Source: the human T2T-CHM13v2.0 reference genome, Homo sapiens. Taken from it: a DNA stretch of 64,000 nucleotides. A model generated the notes under the pieces. That model was not told where the DNA came from and made no database searches. It saw only the letters and a list, made by a program, of their open reading frames with translations. The position numbers and the translations under genes are program-made. Below, one piece after another: positions 56,277-64,000 of the stretch (positions within the stretch are counted from its first letter, which is position 1; each line of letters begins with the position of its first letter). The stretch lies in assembly GCF_009914755.1 (NCBI RefSeq), contig NC_060935.1; one strand, 5' to 3'.

Positions 56277-57870
56277 TATTTTATTTTATTGTGGTTTTAT
56301 ATGTATACACACTAAAAATTACCATTTTAACCATTTTTAGTGTACAAGTCTATAGCATCAGTTATACTCACAATATTTTGCAACCATCACAACTATCTCT
56401 TATTAAATATTTTTCAACACCCCAAACAAACTCTGTACTAACTAATTAAACAATAACTCCCCACTCTTCTTCCCCTAGCTGCTGATAAACTCTAATCTAC
56501 TCTTTGTGTGAATTGGTCTATTCTAGATATTTCACAAAAGTATTATCATACAATATTTATTCTTTTGTGTCTGCCTTATTTTATGCAGCATGTTTTCAAG
56601 ATGGATCCATGTTATAGTATGCATCAGAATTTCATTTATTTTTATGATTGAATATTATTCCATTGTGTGTATATAACTCATTTTGTTTATCCATTCATCT
56701 GTTGATGGACACAAGTTGCTTCCACCTTTGGGCCGTTATGAGTAATGCTGCAGTGAACACCAGCACACAGGTAAATGTTTGAATCTCTGCTTTCTATTAT
56801 TTTGATTATATACATAGGCTAGGAGTTGAATTGCTGGGTCATATTTATAGCATATTATCTTTCCTAGGGAATGTTCCATGTGCACTGAGGAGAAAGCATA
56901 TTCTGCTGTTGTTGACTAGAGTGTTTTATGTCTGTTAGGCTTACTTGATTTATAGTATTGTTTAAGTCCTCTATCTCCTTACTAATTTTCTGTCCAGATG
57001 ATCTGTCCATTATGGAAAGTATTGAAGTCTCTGTTATCATAGAGCTGACTTTTCTCTCTTCAATTCTGTCAGTGTTTGCATCATGCATTTTGTGGCTATG
57101 TTTGGTGTATGTATGACCATAATTGTTACAGCTTCTTGATTTGATCCCTTTATCAATATGAAATGTCCTTTGTCTCTTATGACACTTCTTGACTTAAAAT
57201 CTATGTTTGTGGTACCAGTATAGCCACTCTACCTCTCTTGGTTACTATTTGCATGGGTTATCTTTTTCTGTACTTTTGCTTTTAACCAATATTTGTCTTT
57301 TGATCTAAGGTGAGTCTCCTACGGTATACAACTGGATGATGTTCTCTGTTCTAAGCTTTGCCTTTTGATTGAAGAGTTTAATCCACTGTCATTTCAAGTG
57401 ATTACTAATGAAGAAAGAATTACTTCTGCCATTTTGCTATTTGTTTTATCTATATTTTATATCTTTTTGGCTATTTTCCCCATTACTGCTTTCCTTTGTA
57501 TTTAGTGTATTGTTTTGTAATGACCCATTTTGGTTCCCTTCTCATTTTCTTATATGTACATTTTTATTACAATGTAGGTTGGTATCAAATTTGATTCCAT
57601 AGCCTATAAAACTTGATCCAGTAAAGCCACATCTTCCCTTTTATATTGTTTTTGTCACAAATTACCTCTTTTTATATTGTTTGCTCAATAAACTTAGAAT
57701 TATAATTTTATGCATTTTTGTTTAAATCTGTGTAGGAAATTAAAAAGTAGAGCTACAAATAAAAAATAGAAAACACTGGATTTTATATTTTCCCATGTAG
57801 TTATCTTTACTGAAGATATTATTTCTTTATACAGCTTTGGGTTGCTATCTAGTGTCCTTTCATTTTCAAC
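56277..57870 (-). mobile_element. L1MB-type 3'UTR joined at about 56845 to an L1M endonuclease/ORF1-end segment
   Basis: 3'UTR accattttaaccatttttagtgtacaa; EN remnant ORF 56864-57088 (LSIMDRSSGQKISKEIEDLNNTINQ). Confidence 0.8.
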
Positions 57871-57976
57871 AATGTAATATGTTGTTGATAATGTATATAT
57901 CCATATGTATCCATGTCCTAGAGTGATAATCACAGGGTATCAGCTCAGTGAGTTTTTTAATATAATCAGTTGAGCT

Positions 57977-58007
57977 AAAAAAAAAAAAAAAGAGAGAGAG
58001 AGAGAGA
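57977..58007. repeat. A-run followed by (GA)n
   Basis: Read directly from the sequence. Confidence 0.9.
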
Positions 58008-58163
58008 AAAGAACTTTACTAACTTTACTTATCCATCATGTTTATAAGCCCCCATGCTGACTGATCACAATTTTGATCTATGAGAATTTGCAATGCATTT
58101 CTTTCTCTTGATGTACAATAATCCAACTAGTAGCTACAGATCATTGTTTAAAAACCTAGGAGG

Positions 58164-58492
<329 letters not shown>

Positions 58493-59169
58493 TTATTAAA
58501 GTCTTTTAAAGATCTCCCTTTAGGGATACAAGTATCCTTTTTATTAAGGAGCTTTAAATCTACTCACTGTTTTAGTTCTAGAAATTGGATTGATACTATG
58601 CTCTATTTTGGGGTGGATGAATTATCTTTTCTAAGAGGTAGAGAAATTATTTTTTTAAGCTCAATCACAGATCAAGTAAGTATTTAGATGACTATTTATT
58701 TCAGCAATAGGAACACTATGGCTTATTTAGCCTCACCAAACACTATGCACAGGTCACATAAATTTGGTTATACCTCCAGATCTACTATCCAATGTAATTA
58801 CCATCTGTACCATGTCTCTGATGTTTAACAGCTATGATTTAACTGTTGCCACTCTGGATCACCATTTTTATAAATTAAATTCAGGATTTTGCCAAAGTTT
58901 CTACTCTGATTGCTGAACTGCAGCAGACAGCCACTACAAAGCATTTTAATGATGCTAGAGATCTCAATAGTAAGTATTACAATATCTGGATGAAGAAAAT
59001 GTCCTCTACATATTTCTCCCAGCAATGATGTATGACAAAATGCACAGAGTATTGTCAATTAAAAATACTCACCTGAGCATTGGTTGCCAGTAGTGTGGAC
59101 ATTGTTGATCGCCACAAAGCTGACTTCTCTTCATCCCTTCCAGATGTTAAACTGATAAAAAAAAATTAA

Positions 59170-62100
59170 AAACTTTAATTTAATTTGGTACATAGTAGTT
59201 GTATACATTTATAGGGTACACAAGATGTTTTGACACAGGCATGCAATGCATAATATTCAGCTCATAGAGAATGGGGTATTCATCCCCTTAAGTATTCATT
59301 CTCTGTGTTACAAACAATTCTATTATATTCTTAGTTATTTTACAATGTACAATTAAATTATTATTGACTATAGCCACCCTGTTGTGCTATCAAATACTAG
59401 CTCTTATTCATTCTATTTTTTTTTGTACCCATTGACCATCCATCCACACGCCCACCTCAATGCTCCCACTATACTTCCCAGACCTGGTAACCATTGTTCA
59501 ACTCTCTTATCTCTACGAGTTCAATTGTTTTGATTTTTAGATCCCCAACATAAGTGAGAAGATGAGATGTTTGTCTTTCTATGCCTGGTTTATTTCACTT
59601 AAAAAAATGACCTCCACCTCTATTCATGTTGTTGCAAATGAAAGGATCTCGTTCTTTTTTATGGCTGAATAGTAATCCATTGTGCATAAGTAACAAGTTT
59701 TCCTTATCCATTCATCTATGATGGACATTTAGGTTGCTTCCAAATCTTGGCTATTGTGAACAAAGCTGCAACAAACATGAGAATGCAGCCATCTCCTTGA
59801 CATACTGATTTTCTTTTCTTTGGGTACATATCCAGCAGTGGGATTGCTGGATTATATGATAGCTCTACTTTTAGTATTTTGAGGAACCTCCACACTGTTC
59901 TCCATAGTGGTTGTACCAATTTACATTCTCATCAACAGAGTAAGGTGGTTTCCTTTTCTCCACAGCCTTGCCAGCATTTGTTATTGCCTGTCTTTTGGAT
60001 ATAAGCCATTTTAAATGGAGTGAGATATTTCATTATAGCTTTGATTTGCATTTCAGTGATGTTGAGCATCTATTCATATATCTGTTTGCCATTTGTATGT
60101 TTTCTTTTGAGAAATGTCTATTCAAATATTTAGCCCATTTTTTGATCAGATTACTAGATTTTTTTCCTATAGAGTTCTTTGAGATCCTTATATATTTTGG
60201 TTATTATATATTCCTTGTCAGATGGGTAGTTTCCAAATATTTTCTTCCATTTTGTGGGTTGTCTCTTGGCTTTCTTCATAGCTTGCTTCACTGTGCAAAA
60301 GCTTTTTAATTTGATGGGATCATATTTGTCCATTTTGGTTAGGTTGCCTGAGCTTGTGAGGCATTACTCAAGAAATTATTGCCCAGACCATTATCTTGGA
60401 GATCTTCCCCAATGTTTCCTTGTAGTAGTTTCACAGTTTGAGGTCTCAGATTTAAGACTTTTAATCTATTTTATTTTGATTTTTGTATATGGTGAGATGT
60501 AGGGGCCTACTTTCTTTCTTTTTACATATGAATATACAGTTTTCCCAGCACCATTTATTGAAGAGACTGACTTTTCCCCACTGTATGTTCTTGGTACCTT
60601 TGTCAAAAATGAGTTCACTGTAGGTGTATGGATTTATTTCTGGATTTTCTATTCTGTTCCATTGGTCTATGTGTCTTTTTTTAATGCCAGTACCATGCCA
60701 TTTGGATTACTATAGCTCTGTAGCATAATTTGAAGTGAGGTAATGTGATTCCTCCAGTTTTGTTCTTTTTGCTTAGGATAGCTTTGGCTATTCTGGGTCT
60801 TTTTTGGCTCCATATAAATTATAGTGTTTTTTTTTTCTATTTCTGTGAAGATTGTTGTTGGTATTTTGTCAGGGATTGCACTGAATCTCTAGATGGCCTC
60901 AGGTAGTATGAATATTTGAAGAATATAGATTCTTCTAATGCATGAACATGTATATTTGACCTTTTTTGGTATCCTCTTCAACTTCTTTTGTCAAGGTTTT
61001 ATAGTTTCCATCATAGAGATTTTTCTCTTCTTTGGTTAATTCCTAGGTAGTTATTTTATGTGTCATTATTGTATGTGGCATAACTTTTTAAAAATTTTTT
61101 ACACTGTTTGCTGTTGGCATATAGAAATGCTACTGATTTTTTAATGTTGATTTTGTATCTTGCAACTTTACTAAATTCTACCAGTTTTCCTGGGAAATCT
61201 ATAGGTTTTTCCAAATATAAGATCATATCATCTGCAAACGAGGATAATTTGATTTCTTCTTTTCCAATGTGGATGCCTTTTATATATTTTTCTCTTGTCT
61301 GAATGCTCTAGCTATGACTTCTAGTACTATGCTGAATAACAGTAGTGACAGTGAGCATCCTTATCTTGTTCCAGATCTTAGAGGAAAGGCTTTCATTTTC
61401 TTCCCATTCATTATGATACTAGTTATGTGTCTGTAATATATAGTTTTGATTATGTTGAAGTATGTTTGTTCCATATCCAGCTTTTTTAGGGTTTTTGATC
61501 ATGAAGAGAAGTTGGATTTCATCAAATGCTTTTCCAGCATCAATTGAAACAATAAGGTTTTTGTCCTATATTATTTTAATATGATGTATTACATTGATTA
61601 ATTTGCATATGTTAAAGCAACTTTCCATTCCAGAAATAAACCCCACTTGGTCATGATGAATGTTATTTGTTTTTTATTTTATTTTTTTCTTTTTCAGACA
61701 GAGTGTCACTCTGTCACCCAGGCTGGAGTGCAGTGGCGTGATCTTGGCTCGCTGCAACTTCCAGCTCCTGAGTTCAAGTGATTCTCCTGCCTCAGCCTCC
61801 TGAGTAGCTGGGGTTACAGGCCTGTGCCACCACGCCCAGCTAATTTTTGTATTTTTACTAGAGATGGGGTTTCACCATGTTGGTCAGGCTGGTATCAAAC
61901 TCCTGACTTTGTGATCCGCCCACCTTGGCTTCCCAAAGTGCTGGGATTACAGGCGTGAGCCACAGTGGCTGGCCGATAGATGTTATTTTTAATGTATTGT
62001 GAAATTCAGTTTGCTAGTATTTTGTTGAGGATTTTTTTTGTCAATATTCATCATAGATATTGGCATGTAGTTTCCTTTTTTGATTTGCGTTTAGTTTTGG

Positions 62101-64000
62101 TATCAGGGTAACACTGGCCTTTAGGAATGAGTTTGGAGGTATTTCCTCCTTCTCTATTTTTTAGAATACTTTGACTAGGTTTGGTATTAGTTCTTCTTTA
62201 AATATTTGGTAGAATTCATCAGTGAAGCCATAGGGTTCCAGGCTTTTCTTTACTGGGAGACTTTTAAGGCTTCAGTCCCATTACTTGTTATTAGTTTCTT
62301 CAGGTTTTGGATTTCTTCCTGGTTCAATCTTAATAGGTTGTATGTGTCTAGGAATTTGTCCATTTCGTCCAGGATTCCGGTTTATTGTAATATAGTTGCT
62401 CATATTAGCCACTAATGACCCTTTGAAATTCTGACGTATCAGTTGTAATGTCTCCTTTTTCACCTCTGATTTTATTTATTTGGATCCTCTCTCCCTCTCT
62501 TTTTAGTCTAACTAATTAAAGGCTTGTTAGTTTTGTTTCACTTTTCAAAAAAACAACTTTTTGTTATGTTGATCTTTTGTATCTTCTTCATTTTATTTCT
62601 GCGCTGATCATTATTATTTCTTTTCTTCTACTAATACTGGGTTTATGTTGTTCTTGATTTTCTGGTTATTTAAGATGTACCATTAAGTTGTTTATTTGAA
62701 GTTTTTTTTTGATGTAGGCACTTATGGCAATAAAATTCCCTCTTAGTACCGCTTTTGCTGGATTCTATAGGTTTTGGTATGTTGTGTTTTCACTATCATT
62801 TATTTCAAAAATGTTTTGATTTTCTTAATTCTTTACTCAGGAGCATATAGTTTAATGTGCATGTATTTGTATAGTTCCCCAAATTCCTCATTATTGATTT
62901 CTAGTTTTATTCCACTGTAGCAGGAGATGCTTGATATTATTTCAATTTATTTTGAATATTTTAAGACTTGTTTTGTGACCTAACATGTGGTCTATCCTTG
63001 AGAATGATCTACGTGCTGAGGAAAAGAATGTGTATTCTCAGCTTTTGGATGAAATGTTTTGTAAATATTAGATCCATTTGATGTATAGTGCAGATTAAGC
63101 TTGATGTTTTATTGTGGATTTTCTGGATTGTCACCCCAGTGGTGATAGTGGGGTGAAGTCTCCATCTATTATTGTATTGAGGCCTATCTCTCTCTTTAGC
63201 TCTAATAATATTTGCTTTATACATCTAGATGCTCCAGTGATGGGTGCATATATATGTAAAATTGTTATATTCTCCTATGAAATTGACCCCTTTATCATTA
63301 TATAGTGACCTTCTTTGTTTTTTCTTATAGTTTTTGACTTGAAACCTATTTTTTCTAATACAAGTATGGTGACTCCTGCTCCTTTTTGGTTTCCATTGGC
63401 ATACAATATGTTTTTCCATCCCTCTATTTTCAGTCTACATGTATCTTCATAGCTGAAGTGTGTTTCTTGTAGGACACAGATAAATGAGTTTTCTTTCCAT
63501 TCATTCAGCCACTCTATGTTTTTTGATTGGAAAGTTTAGTCGATTTACATTCAATGTTATTATTGATAAATAAAGATTTACTCCTCCCATTTTGTTATTT
63601 GTTTTCTGGTTGATTTGTATTCTTCTCTTCTTTCCTTTTTCCTTCCTGTTTTCCTTTAGTAAGGTGATTTTCTCAGGTGATATGATTTAGTTTCTTGCTT
63701 TTTATTTTTTGTGAATCTGTTGTATGGTTTTTTTGGTTTGAGGTTAGCAGGAGGCTTGCAAATACTGTCTTATAAACCATTATTTTAAACTGATAACAAG
63801 TTAACGTTGTTCAAATAAACAAAAAGAAAACTAATCTTCATTAGTTCTCTATGCCTTAACTTCATCCTCCTGCTTTGTAACATTTTGTTGTTTTTGTTTC
63901 TATTTTATTGTACTATGTCTTGAAAAGTTGTAGTTATTTTTGACTGGTTCTCCATCTAGTTTTTCTACCTAGGTAGGATAAGAGTAGTTTACACACCACG
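59170..64000 (-). mobile_element. L1MA2-like LINE (3'UTR, ORF2, inter-ORF; runs off the window)
   Basis: 3' end ggtacatagtagttgtatacatttatagggtacacaagatgttttgacacaggcatgcaatg; ORF2 C-terminus VQPLWRTVWRFLKILKVELSYNPAIPLL (ORF 59716-59919). Confidence 0.92.
61669..61974 (-). mobile_element. AluSg-like SINE nested in L1MA2
   Basis: Full dimer with ctgactttgtgatcc; TSD gat(ga/ag)atgttattt. Confidence 0.93.

Overview
This is AT-rich, CpG-depleted primate genomic DNA, probably human (AluY, AluS, THE1, MSTA, MER1B and L1PA elements are all present). It reads as intergenic or deep-intronic. No host protein-coding gene, RNA gene or CRISPR array is recognisable, and the supplied ORFs are L1 ORF1/ORF2 remnants, Alu read-through frames or chance ORFs. 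More than half the window is transposon-derived: seven full or near-full Alus plus monomer fragments, MaLR/ERVL/ERV1 solo LTRs, an ERVL/MaLR internal remnant, hAT DNA transposons, MIR/L2 fossils and many L1s. These include a 12-kb stack of + strand L1s (29.7-41.9 kb) and two 5'-inverted L1PA insertions. The most unusual signal is that two neighbouring L1PA13-15-like copies share the same inactivating mutations (two in-frame stops and FADD->FGxD in the RT motif). That implies local gene conversion or mobilisation of an already defective element. Other notable features are several templated or fold-back insertions, a MER63 that appears to enclose MIR-containing host DNA, and a few speculative exons. 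Subfamily names were assigned by eye from remembered consensus sequences, not by a database search.
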